Shown here one piece after another: positions 26,291-38,126 of a stretch of 64,000 bases of DNA; positions within the stretch are counted from its first letter, which is position 1, and every line of letters begins with the position of its first letter. Position numbers and translations under genes: made by a program. Source of the stretch: Octopus sinensis (lineage: Eukaryota); the NCBI RefSeq assembly GCF_006345805.1, contig NC_043002.1, positions 24,614,001-24,678,000 on the forward strand, read 5' to 3'. The notes beneath the pieces were generated by a model. That model was not told the origin of the DNA and did no database searches. It was given only the letters and a program-made list of their open reading frames with translations.

Positions 26291-26990
26291 AGGTGGCATG
26301 TAAAGCACCATCCGTTTCTCCGTTGCCAGCCCTGCCAGGTGTCCCCCATTCGTTGACATTAAAAGCACCACCATCCAGTCGTGTCCGTTGCCAGCCTCGC
26401 CTGGCCCCCGTGCCAGTGACACGTAAAAGCACCATCCTTCGTGTTGCCGTTTGCCAGCCTGTCTGGCCCCCGTGTCGGTGGCATTTAAAAGCACCATCCG
26501 TTCGTGTCCGTGCAGCCTCGCCTGGCCCCCGTGCCGGTGACACGTAAAGCACCATCCGTTTTTTCGTGGCCGTTTGCCAGCTCTGTCTGGCCCCGTGTTG
26601 GTGTCACGTAAAAGCACCATCCTTTTCGTGTCCGTTGCCAGCCTCGCCTGGCCCCGTGCCCGTGACATACTAAACCACCATCCGTTTGTCCGTTTGCCAG
26701 CTCTGTCTGGCCCCCGTGTTGGTGGCAATGTAAAAGCACCATCCTTTCGTGTCCGTTGCCAGCCTCCTCCTGGCCCCGTGCCAGTGACACGTAAAAGCAC
26801 CATCCGTTCGTGGCCGTTTGCCAGCTCTGTCTGGCCCCCGTGTCGGTGGCATGTAAAAGCACCATCCGTTCGTGTCCGTTGCCAGCCTCGCCTGGCCCCC
26901 GTGCCGGTGACACGTAAAAGCACCATCCGTTCGTGGCCGTTTGCCAGCTCTGTCTGGCACCTGTGCGGGTGGCACGTAAAAAGCACCCAC
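26291..26990 (+). repeat. GC-rich minisatellite, ~61-bp unit, about 11 copies, alternating A/B variants, within an RTE 3'UTR
   Basis: The anchor taaaagcaccatcc recurs 12 times (one copy degenerate) and runs directly into the RTE terminal motif at about 27000. Confidence 0.9.
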
Positions 26991-27553
26991 TACACTCACG
27001 GAGTGGTTGGCGTTAGGAAGGGCATCCAGCCGTAGAAACACTGCCAGATCTGACTGGGCCTGATGAAGCCTTCCAGCTTCACAGGCCCCAGTTGAACCGT
27101 CCAACCCATGCTAGCATGGAGAACGGACGCTAAATGATGATGATGATATAAACACCATCTGAGCGTGATCATTGCTGACTGGCTCCTGTGCCAGTGGCAC
27201 ATAAAAAGCAACTTTCAAGTGTGATCATTACCAGTGTTGCCTTACTGGCACGTGAAAAACCACATTCAAGTGAGGTCGTTGCCAGTGCTGCTGGACTGGT
27301 CTCCTGTGCCGGTGGCATATAAAAATCATCATTTGAGCATGGCCGTCACCAGTACCGCCTGACTGGCCCTTGTGCCAGTGGCACGTAAAAGCACCCACTA
27401 CACTCTCGGAGTGGTTGGCATTAGGAAGGGCATCCAGCTGTAGAAACTCTGCCAGATCAAGATTGGAGCCTGGTGCAGCTATCTGGCTTGCCAGTCCTCA
27501 AACCATCCAACCCATGCCAGCAGAGAAAGCGGACGTTAAACAATGATGATGAT

Positions 27554-27585
<32 letters not shown>

Positions 27586-27918
27586 ATAATAATTATATAT
27601 ATATAATAATTATATATATATATATATATATATAGTTAATAATAATTATATAATAAAAATTATATGAATTGGTATTATCTGTAAGTTGTTGATTGAATGA
27701 AATCTGTTCCTCTATTTTCTTATTTGTATTATGTGTCGGTGGCACATAAAAAGCACCCACTGTACTCATGGAGTGGTTGGCGTTAGGAAGGGCATCCAGC
27801 TGTAGAAACACTGCCAGATCTGACTGGCCTGGTGCAGCCTTTGGGCTTCCCAGACCCCAGTTGAACCGTCCAACCCATGCTAGCATGGAAAGCGGACGTC
27901 AAACGATGATGATGATGA

Positions 27919-27920
<2 letters not shown>
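26991..27920 (+). mobile_element. Three co-oriented RTE tails (ending at about 27142, 27552 and 27920) separated by (GAT)n/(TA)n
   Basis: Each has GGAGTGGTTGGC(G/A)TTAGGAAGGGCATCCAG and ends in ..GGACG.TAAA.GATGATG. Confidence 0.9.
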
Positions 27921-27961
<41 letters not shown>

Positions 27962-28408
27962 TATAGTAACTTAACTTTGTTTAGTCAAGGAAGCAGTTTA
28001 TCTGATACCTGAGAGGAGAACAGCTTTTGTAACCTTTCACCATGAACACTCCTACTTTGATATACACTACATCACATCTGTTCAGGTGGGTGAAGGATTA
28101 GTTGCAGTAACGGTGTGGGAGGGAGCCAACTGAGTCTGCTGTGATAAAACCTTCCTCTGTTGTTACTAGTTCTGGTGCTGTTGAGAGTGTGGAGGGTGTG
28201 TTGGTAACAGTACTAGCAGAATCTTTAGCGTGTGGAACAAAATACCTAGTGGTATTTGTTCTGGTGTTTTATAGTCAGGTGGTGGTGAGGAAAGGAGAAT
28301 GGTTGTAGGGTAAAGCAGAATTTGTTCATTCATCTGTTTTTCCCTCTTCATTTACTACTTACCAACTCTGGCAACCTGAACCCCTCCCCACACTCAAAGC
28401 AGTAGTGC

Positions 28409-28441
<33 letters not shown>

Positions 28442-29508
28442 CAATGTTCGAAAATTACACAGAAGTACAAACAAATTGAAAATACACACACAATGTACAT
28501 GCGTTTATATATATATATACATACACACACACAGACACACACACAGACACACACACAGACACACACACACACACATACATACAGACAGACACAGACAGAC
28601 AGATAGATAGATATACACACACACATATATGCATGCGTATGTGTATATTCATGGATATATATGTGTGTGTTTGTATAACTCTGTGTGTGTGTGTGTGTGT
28701 GTGATTGTCATATATAAGAGGCAAAAGCATTCAACACCAGGTTAGCAGAACTTATTATAGTATAATATAATACAATTGACAGGATACACTGTTTTGTGAA
28801 GTTACATCATAATTGTGTAATTCTCTGATCAAGTGTACAAACAAATTATGACCATTATGAGCCTTCGTCCATTGTAATTTCTACTGCCACTTTCATCTGA
28901 TTGCTGTAATTCAGCCGTCAGCCTCTCTCCCCCCACCCTACATTTTCTATGTGTATCAATTCAGTATTGTTTGTTTTGTCCTTTCTCTCATCTTCGCTGT
29001 TAGTCATGACCATGATGTAGTTAATGAGATAATGGGTGTTGGAGGATGAAGTAAGATTATTTGTTTTCCTGCAGTATCTTTGTTCATTATTTATTCATTC
29101 ATTCATGGTTTACCACCTCGACAACTACATTTCCTATATAGATACAAAAATAGTTTGTCTTGTGTGTGTATGATGGACTAGGATGTTCCTTTTAAAAGAA
29201 TGATAATAAAAAGGTTTAAAAAATGAGGAAAATGTTAAAAGGAATTATTACCTTTATTCTTTGGCTGGGTGGTAGTAATAGTTATTACTTGCTAATTTAG
29301 TTAACAGAGATGTTATCCCGAGGTTTGGTAAGAATTTTTGAAAGATAATTGCAGAATACAGAATGGCACTTTTCTGCAAGTCCACTATTTGGGTCTCTCA
29401 GTTCTAATATCCCTCAGCATTTTAGGTGACAGTTTGGGTGTTGCTTCAAATACCACAAGAACACTCTTTACTTTTCTCTGTTCCTTTTCTTCATCTTTTT
29501 GACAAGAT

Positions 29509-31746
29509 GGTTGCAGTCAGGTTTTTTCACTGAATTTGATCGTATCTAAGACACACTTTTTTCTCCCCCAAAATGTCCCAAAAATCACTCAGGGTAATCT
29601 TTGAGACATATATATTAAGTATATGCAACCCAGGATAACATTCCATAATCTCTAATGCACTAAATACTTTTTTCCTGAAGACATGCTTCTCAAATGGGGT
29701 GCATCTTATATGTCCATGCATCTTCTATGCTATCAAATATGCTTTTAGTAGAGTATCAGTTCCCACACTCAATTTCTCTTTGTTATTAATTCTTCCTATA
29801 ATTTTCTTACTTCTTTTATTGTATCTGCCCTTTCTGTAATGTATGCATGTTTGGTACTAAGTGCATTCAGTGTTTCAGAAGATTCTGCGAATGGAATATT
29901 TTGTGTATTAAATACTACATTTTAGCACCAGGTCAACTATGATTAAGCAGACTTGTGATCAGAGACATTCCAACCATCACTATTCTCTCTATTCAGACAT
30001 AGTTTATTTTCAGCTTACATAATTCAATATGTCTTTTCCATTTTTTTTAAAGACAGTAGTGATTGATTTGACATTCATTTACCAGATGTTTTTTGCAAAT
30101 TGAACATTATCTTAGAAATCTGTAATTTAACCCTTATTAAACCTAACCTTAGTATATCTCGTTTTCCTAAATTTCTTTGATATTGACTCTACTATCTTAC
30201 AGAAATTATTCTGCAACTGTAGAGTAGGGCTATTTTATAAATAATATCTTATTCAGAAAATGTATACTTCTTAGGAGTTCTATTTTCTAAACTTCATATA
30301 TGTAAGGTCTCTCAGGCAATTCTTTGATTCTTTTTCCATACCATACTTTACAACTCATTGCACTGGCACTCCTATATGTCTGGGACTATTTTTGTGTCTT
30401 TCATCTCTGAATTTGTTTTGCAAGAATTTTGATAAGAACCCAAATGTTGAAACCAATATTGTTATATTTTGGAAGAGTTATTTTATTAAAACCTATCAGT
30501 TATTTGTTTATGTTTTTCTTTTCTTTCTGGAGGGAAAAAAAACAAAAAACAAAAGAAAAGAATATAGACAAATACCATCCAGTGAGGATGTTTATAGATT
30601 TTTAATTGGATAGTTCCTCAAAAATATAATATTCTTGTGTCCATATTCCACATTCTCACTATTTCAGTCTTTATGTCTTTATATTTGAAGTTTTTTCAAC
30701 TTCTTTTCTTAACATATTATTGTCATTTAGGCAACCCACCTATGTATGGATCTCTCATCTTTTTGTCCATATGAACTTGCATATCTCAGAGACTCTCACT
30801 ATTTACATTTTCTACTATAATCTTTGTGGCTTCTGCCATCTTTCCCTTCCTAAGGCCTCCATCTCATTATATACTGCTGGATACCCAACACTGATAATAC
30901 ATACTTGTATGACCAGTATTGGGTATCTAGCAAGTGTATTGCTGATAGTTTAAAATCCACCAAATGAGCTGCAATCCAGCTTGATATTTTGTTTCAGAAT
31001 GTGTCTTTGGGAGACACTGCTTCTGAGCAGTTATTGTCAGGCCTTTAGTTTATTCTTTCCACTTATGGTCCTTAGAGCCTGTTGTTGTTCTGCTATTGGT
31101 TGCAGTCAGGTTTTTTCACTGAATTTGATGGTATCTAAAGACACACTTTTTTCTCCCCCAAAATGTCCCAAAAATCACTCAGGGTAATCTTTGAGACATA
31201 TATGTTAAGTATATACAACCCAGGATCATATATTCCATAATTTCTAATACACTAAATACATTTTTCCTGAAGACATGCTTCTCAAATGGGGTGCATCTTA
31301 TATGTCCATGCATCTTCTATACTATCAAATGTGCTTTTAGTAGAGTATCAGTTCCCATACTCAATTTCTCTTTGTTATTAATTCTTCCTATAATTTTCTT
31401 ACTTCTTTTATTGTATCTGCCCTTTCTGTAATGTATGCATGTTTGGTACTAAGTGCATTCAGTGTTTCAGAAGATTCTTTGAACGGAATATTTTTTGTGT
31501 ATTAAATACTACATTTTAGCACCAGGTCAGCTATGATTAAATAGACTTGTGATCAGAGACATTCCAACCATCACTATTCTTTCTATTCAGATATAGTTTA
31601 TTTCAGCTTACATCATCCAATATGTCTTTTCCATTTTTTTTAAAAGACAGTAGTGATTGATTTGACATTCATTCACCAGATGCTTTTTGCAAATTGAACA
31701 TTATCTCAGAAATCTGTGATTCAACCCTTATTAAACCTAACCTTAG
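29509..31746. repeat. Local direct duplication of ~645 nt (29509-30152 and 31098-31746) with a ~945-nt unique spacer
   Basis: Both copies start ggttgcagtcaggttttttcactg and end aaacctaaccttag; they differ mainly by transitions. Confidence 0.9.
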
Positions 31747-32004
31747 TTTGAACCTTTGAACACTGTCCCAAAGTCTTAACTGTCAACATTAGACCTTAAC
31801 AAATAAAACCAAGACAATTTTTCAGTGAGAGATGGGACTGTACTGGTGCCATTTGCTCATTATTAATGTGTCACTATATCTTCATGATCACGTTGATGTT
31901 GAAAATGTTGTTTAAAGGAAATCCTGAATGACATTATCCAGGATTTATTTTACTAATATGGCAGTATGTGACTTAAGCCTTTAACATTCAGATTATCAAA
32001 TTAT

Positions 32005-32746
32005 CATCATCATCATTTAACGTCCATATTCCATGTTGGCATGGGTTGGATGGCTTGATAGGAACTGGCTAGCTGGAGAGCTGCCTGGGCTCCCTGTCTG
32101 TTTTGGCATGGTTTCTACAGCTGGATGCCCTTCCTAACACCTACCACTCTACAGAGTGTACCGGGTGCCTCTATACAGCACCAGCAAAGGTGCTTTTACA
32201 TGGCACTGGCTTGGGTTCTTTTTATGTGACACTGGCACTTATGAGCCTGCAACCTTAGGAACACTTGGCTGAAGAGGGATGCAGGGGACATACCTGTATG
32301 CAAGAATGACCACATATTGACTTAACTTTGAGATGTCTTCTCAAATTTAATACTTATTAATTCCTATTGTTTTGAAGAACTGTTGCAATATCTTGTACTT
32401 TTGAGATTTCAATATGATTGTATATTTTTAGAATGGCATTGTAGAGTAGTTGTAAGAGGCTATATTTTGATACTTTGAGCATAAAACGGAGAGAATATAT
32501 GAGCTGGATATGGTAAAAAATCAATGGAAATTGTAGTTGTGATCCCTGTGCTGCTGGCACATTAAAAGCACCATCTGAATGTGGCCGATGCCAGCGCTGC
32601 CTTGACTGGCTTTCATGCCTGTGGCATGTAAAAAACATCAACCGATCGTGGCTGTTGCCAGCCTCACCTGGCACCTGTGCTGGTGGCACGTTAAAAGCAC
32701 CTACTACACTCACGGAGTGGTTGGCATTAGGAAGGGCATCCAGCTG
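32005..32746. mobile_element. Two oppositely oriented RTE tails (about 32005-32300 minus, 32540-32746 plus)
   Basis: RTE UTR motif on both strands. Confidence 0.75.
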
Positions 32747-32749
32747 TTG

Positions 32750-33206
32750 GCTCTTAATGACATTGTTAATGGCCATGTGATATTGATGTGATGTTATTAG
32801 TGATGCTGATAATTTTTATAATATTGGAAATATTGCTGGTGGTCTTGATGCTGATGATAACAATGATGTTGATTCTAATAGTGATGTTAAAAAGAATGAT
32901 AATGGTGATGATGATATTGATGTTGATGATGATGTTGTTGATAATGATGTCGATGGTGATGATGTTAACAGTGATATTGATGGTGAAGTGTTGGTGATGC
33001 AAAGTGATGATGTTAACAGTATTGGTGATGATGATGTTCATGGTGATATTAATGTTGATAGTAATGGTGAGACTAATACTGTAGCTGTTGGTGGTGATGA
33101 TAATGTTGGTTGTGAGGTTGAAGCTGTTGATGATAATGTTACTGGTGGTGTTGGTGGTGATGTTGTGATGCTTATATTGATGTTATTATTGTTGTTGTTG
33201 TTGTTG
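32750..33206. repeat. Degenerate (GAT/GGT/GTT)n tract running into the acceptor of the 150-nt exon
   Basis: Direct reading. Confidence 0.9.
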
Positions 33207-33210
33207 CCAG

Positions 33211-33360
33211 AGCTCGTACAAGGAATGGACTACGAATACTCGGAGCCAGCGGCCTTGCCGACAGTCCTTGGCAAATCACTGTGGACGTTAGTGAGAGACA
33301 GAAAAGTGCTACAGTCACTGCCACCCTCACTGACACTGGATCAAACTTGGAACGAGATTG
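33211..33360 (+). CDS. TMEM132: Next coding exon (150 nt, phase 2 to phase 2): (R)ARTRNGLRILGASGLADSPWQITVDVSERQKSATVTATLTDTGSNLERD
   Basis: ttgttgCCAG| acceptor and TG|GTAAGT donor. It splices in frame to the previous exon (CG+A = Arg). The peptide resembles the TMEM132 'A.KG..IL.A....W.V....ATV' segment. This frame is absent from the ORF track because it has no start codon. Confidence 0.85.
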
Positions 33361-33570
33361 GTAAGTAACTAATATTTTTTTTTACTAATTTTCCCCTCCC
33401 TCCCTCTCTTTCTCTATTATTTTCATTGTTCCTTCTTTACTCTTTCTAAATATTTCTCTACTCCCTCTCCATCCTTCTCACTCATTCCTTCTTTACAGCT
33501 TTCTACTTGTTTATCTATTTCGTTTTTTCTTCCTTTCTCTTTCTCTCGCTCTCTCTCTCTCTCTCTCTCG

Positions 33571-33601
<31 letters not shown>

Positions 33602-34214
33602 TCTCATGTTTTTACTCTTTCATTCTTTCTTCCTCTTTTGATTGTTGTTGTTATTCTTAATTCAGATTTTTCTTCTGTTGCTCATTGACCAAAGATCATG
33701 GTTCAGAATATGTACCAGTAATACCCTACATTTATTTATAAATCTATACACTAAATTATTTAAAAAAATCTGAAATATTATTTTCATCTAAGCAACTATT
33801 ACTAGGTGTGACCAAAATGCCTCAGATTCACCTCTCTTGATAGTTGTTTCAACTGTGAACAGAATGTGCCCCAGTTCAAACCATGATGCAAACTGAAAAA
33901 AAATGATAAAACATTAACTACATGAAGACACCATAATCACTGGCATTACTTCACTAGCATCACTCCAATGGTTGAGTAAAATATTGGAGGTTTTTTTTCT
34001 GGCATGCTCTGTATTATTATCATCATTATTTTCATTAGCATCTTCTTTCAATTCTGTTTCCTTTTCTTGCCAAGTGGCTTCCTGATACCTAGGGCAGAGA
34101 AACATACTGTATACATTGGTAGGCCATTAAAACAAGCACACCAAATTGTTCATTTACAGAGTCGTGTGATAGATAAAAAGGGGAAGACAGAGAAAAGGAA
34201 AAAATAAAAATTAG

Positions 34215-35650
34215 AAGGTAAACAAATAAAATAAAGGAGGTAAAAAGGGGAAAATAATCACAGTGACAGTGCTCTTCTCAGTACATGTGATGTACCAGTT
34301 AAGACAATCTTTTGCACTTCCTGCATAGGTGGTAAGCCAGGGATCATTCTTAAATAATTTCCAGTTCCTTTTTTTATCATTCCAAGTGCTCCTACATTCA
34401 CTGGTATTGCAACCATCTTGAGATGCCACATCTTTTTGATTTCGATTAGCAGATCTTTATATTTTCTGAGCTTATCAAATTCTTTTGCCGAGATGTTATG
34501 GTCATGTCAATCAATAAACAGACTTTATTGCTTTTTTTGTCTTTCACAACAATATCTGGTTTATTTGCCTTAATGGTCCGATCTGTACATACTGGGAAGT
34601 CCCAAAGAATAGTTACATTTTCTCCCTCAGTTACAGCCTTAGGTTGGTGCTTGTATCATTTGTCAGCAGTTTTGATTTAATAATGCCAACACATTATCCA
34701 ATGTAGATATTGGCCAACCCTGCCATGTCTTGATTTGTACTCTACAGGTGCTAAAACCTTACATCTAGAGATCAGGTGGTCAACTGTTTCTATCCCATCA
34801 TTGCAGTATTGGCACTTTGGGTCTACACCATTTTTCATCACATTGGCTTGATAGCTCCAGGTTAATAAGCTCTAATCTTGGGCAGCCAAGATAAAGCCTT
34901 CACTCTCTGCCTTTAGCCCTGAGCTCTGTAGCCACTGATGCATGTGCTTCTGTCTACATTAACTTGTTTGCTATGGACCACATATTTGCCATGCAGAAGT
35001 TTTTGTTCTCACCTATCAGCCAATTGTTCAAGTGCATTTTGCTTTGCTATTGATTTCACCTTTGCAACAATAGTTGCTGCACTTCCCCCATGCTATCCAA
35101 CCTTGGTATTATGCATAAACTCACTTGAAAAGTTTTTGCTCTCTGTCATAACAGAATGAAGCTTCTTACGTCTTTCACAGTTTTCAATGAGCTTTAGCAT
35201 CCGGTCATTAGATGTTTCAAGATATTTTGTCAGTCCAATTGTGGTGGTTTTGTAGATTTGAAATTGGATCAAGCCTCAACCTCCTTGAGCTCTGGATAGG
35301 TAAAGACGATCTGGCATCTGCCTTTGGGTGGTGCATCAAGTCAGCAGCTTACAGATTTTCCTGTCACTCTTCCTTATTTCACTCATATTCCAGTTCAACA
35401 CATTGAAACTGTAAATAACAACCAGAACTGCTAAGGAATTTATAGCTCACACCTTGTTACGGGCATTTAACTTGGATTTTAGGACTGTTCAAACTCTCCT
35501 GTAACATTCCTTCCTGATCTTCTCTTTCATGCTTGCATGCTAAATCCCAGAGCCCTCATTTATTCTGAGGTATTTGTAAGTTTGTTCCTGCTCGAGTTCT
35601 TTTACGACTCTATCAACATCCAACACCACTGAATGTGAGGTCTTCAGTTT
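34215..35650 (-). mobile_element. R4/Dong-like RLE non-LTR retrotransposon, 5'-truncated and decayed
   Basis: TYKYL..EKIRKECYRRV..KLNARNKV, HHPKADADRLYL.R..G.GL, CQYCNDGIETVDHLISRC (CCHC), ANKPDIVVKD..LID..KY (PD-(D/E)xK), IPVNVGALG..QKIVLTGTSHVLRRAL. Confidence 0.9.
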
Positions 35651-35689
35651 CCCATTATTATTATTATTGTTGTTGTTGTTGTTAAGATG

Positions 35690-36370
35690 GCACACTGACA
35701 GAATTGTTAGCATGCTTGGCAAAATGCTTAGCTGCATTTTGTTTATCTTTACATTCTGAGTTCAAATTCTGTCAAGGTTGACTTTGCCTCTCTATCCTTT
35801 TGGAGTCAATAAAATAAGTACCAGTGGAGCACTGGAATTGATGTAACCGATTTACTCTCTCCCCTGAAATTGCTGGCCTTAAGCCAAAATTTGAAACCGC
35901 CACCACCACCACCACCATTATTATTATTAAGAAGAAGAAGACAGTGAGCTGGCATAATTATTAGCACATTGTACAAAATGCTTAGCAGCATTCTTTTCTG
36001 GCTCTTTACATTCTAGGCTCAAATCCACCAGAGTCAACTTTTTCTTTCATCCTTTCAAGTACTGGGGTTCATTTAATAACTAGCACCTTCCTCCTAAAAT
36101 TTCTGGCCTTCTGTCATAATTTGGATCAGTTATCATCGTCATTATCATTGTCATCATCATCATCATCATTACTAGAGTAGTGGATTAGCAGAATTGTAAG
36201 AGCATCAGAAAAAAAAGGCCTTATGAAATGACTCTTCATGTCTGTTTTGAATTCAAGTCCCGCTAAGGTCAACTTTACCTTTCTTCTCTCTGGAGTCAAT
36301 AAAATTAAGTAGCAGTCATGTACTGGGCTCACCTCAAATTTTGATGGCCTTATACCTAAATTAAAAGCAA
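35690..36370 (+). mobile_element. Three decayed tandem tRNA-SINEs separated by trinucleotide tracts
   Basis: Repeated gcagaattgttagca..gagttcaaat..gactttgcct core. Confidence 0.75.
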
Positions 36371-36669
36371 TTACTATTATCATTACGGTTATTGTGGTTC
36401 CTTTCCCCTGTCCTTCAGTTAGACATCCTTTGTTATTTTTATTTTGTTATTGCTATTTATTATTATGTATTTGTTTATTGTTTGGTTCACCTCAACCATT
36501 TACTTGATGTAAATCCCTTATTGTTTATAGTTTTCTTTTGTATTTCACTGTTTTGACTATTCTCAGTGTCTTGGGCCCTTGTAGCCAGTAAAACAAATTA
36601 TCATTTACTTGTTTTGGATCTCTATAGTCTGATTTCAAATGCCGCCATGGTCAACTTCGATTTGATTCT

Positions 36670-37699
36670 CCTGATCAAAATAATTTCTATTAACTGAAAT
36701 AATGGCCATTAGAATCTACACACTTTTACCAACAAGAAACAAGCATATTTATTCTGGAGACTGAAACTAATGAAATCTTTGAAGTCTTCAAAAGTGTTTT
36801 GTGCTGCTGCTGCTTGGCTGTTGAAAATTTTACAGGAAGTTAATGAGATGTTTGAAAAAGTGATGATTGGTCAGAGAGAGGTCTGGGGAGTAAGCTGGGT
36901 AAGGGAGGGTTTCATAACCTGCAAGAGATGAAGAATGTGTTGTTATTGAGAAGAAACGGTCCTTTTTGCTACTTGTTAATATTGTAGTTCTTGGTGCATT
37001 TTGTTGATTTCCTGACAATATTTATCTACTGTATTGGCTTCACCAGAATTCAAGAAATAGTTGAGGACAATTCCACTTGTCAATCACTAGTCACCATAAC
37101 CTTTTTTTGGTACCACTTTACTTAGTTTTGGTACATCATCTCAGTCTATCCACTCTTTGGAACAGCTTTAGTTATTTTTCACCATATATCCCAACACGAT
37201 TAAGAAATGAATTGTTTTTGTTGCACTAAGAAGGAGAAAGCAGACTCCTATGACATCAGTTTGTCAAGCTTTTTTTTTACTTTTTGTGTTGTGCAAATGT
37301 GAAAGAACTGTTGAACAGTCAATGTTTAGTTCTTCAGCAACTTATGACCTACCATATTTTTCAAGGCTCTTGTGTTTACAAGAAAATTTTTAGAACCAAT
37401 ATTGAACTTTATACACCTTGGCAAACCCTGGCAAAATACCTGGCTGATGTTACAAGCAGTTGCCTTTACCTTCCATTTCCAATAAAACCACTAAAATTTG
37501 CTTTTCCACATATCCCCTACCACCTTCTTTAATTTGACAGTCAAAAATAAGCAGTAAATGCAAAACTGTTAGCATAAATCAATACAATGAAATTTTCACT
37601 TCAAAATAGTATATTCTATGAACATAGTTAAATAAGAGTTTATTACAAAATAAGCATCAAAGTTTAAGATAACATAAACCACAGTTATTTTTGCACCAT

Positions 37700-37703
<4 letters not shown>
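36670..37703 (-). mobile_element. Decayed mariner (DD34D-type) element
   Basis: TIR ataggatggtgcaaaaataactgtggttt next to (TA)n; KATACNISQVF..VQYWF; YETLPYPAYSPDLS..HHFFKHL..FL; CVDSNGHYF. Confidence 0.8.
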
Positions 37704-37768
<65 letters not shown>

Positions 37769-37963
37769 ATATCAAAGAGTAAAGGTAGTGTAGTAGATAT
37801 GACAAGCTGTGAGAAAGAGAAAACTGGATACATTTGTAGAATAAAAATTTTATGGGGGTATTGGAAAGCTGATTGCCTCACAGTGAATAGTAGTTTCACC
37901 CTTGACAGGAATCTTTTGGTTATACATACAATATATCTTTTTATATGTACGTATATATATATG

Positions 37964-37999
<36 letters not shown>

Positions 38000-38073
38000 G
38001 TATGTATGTGGTATGGTTGCTGTCTGATAACTGAAACAAGTAAAAGATAAGTGCATAAGCATACATGTGTATG

Positions 38074-38126
<53 letters not shown>

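Noticed and set aside
26291-26990. CRISPR-like array
   Set aside because: The inter-anchor sequences are themselves repeated (A/B), there are no unique spacers or cas genes, and the context is eukaryotic.
26234-27104. 250-aa and overlapping repeat-protein ORFs
   Set aside because: These are translations of the 61-bp minisatellite, open in several frames on both strands, with no splice or start context.
32988-33368. 126-aa ORF with an apparent signal peptide (MLILMLLLLLLLLPELVQG)
   Set aside because: The poly-Leu comes from (TTG)n and the remainder is an alternative frame of the real exon.
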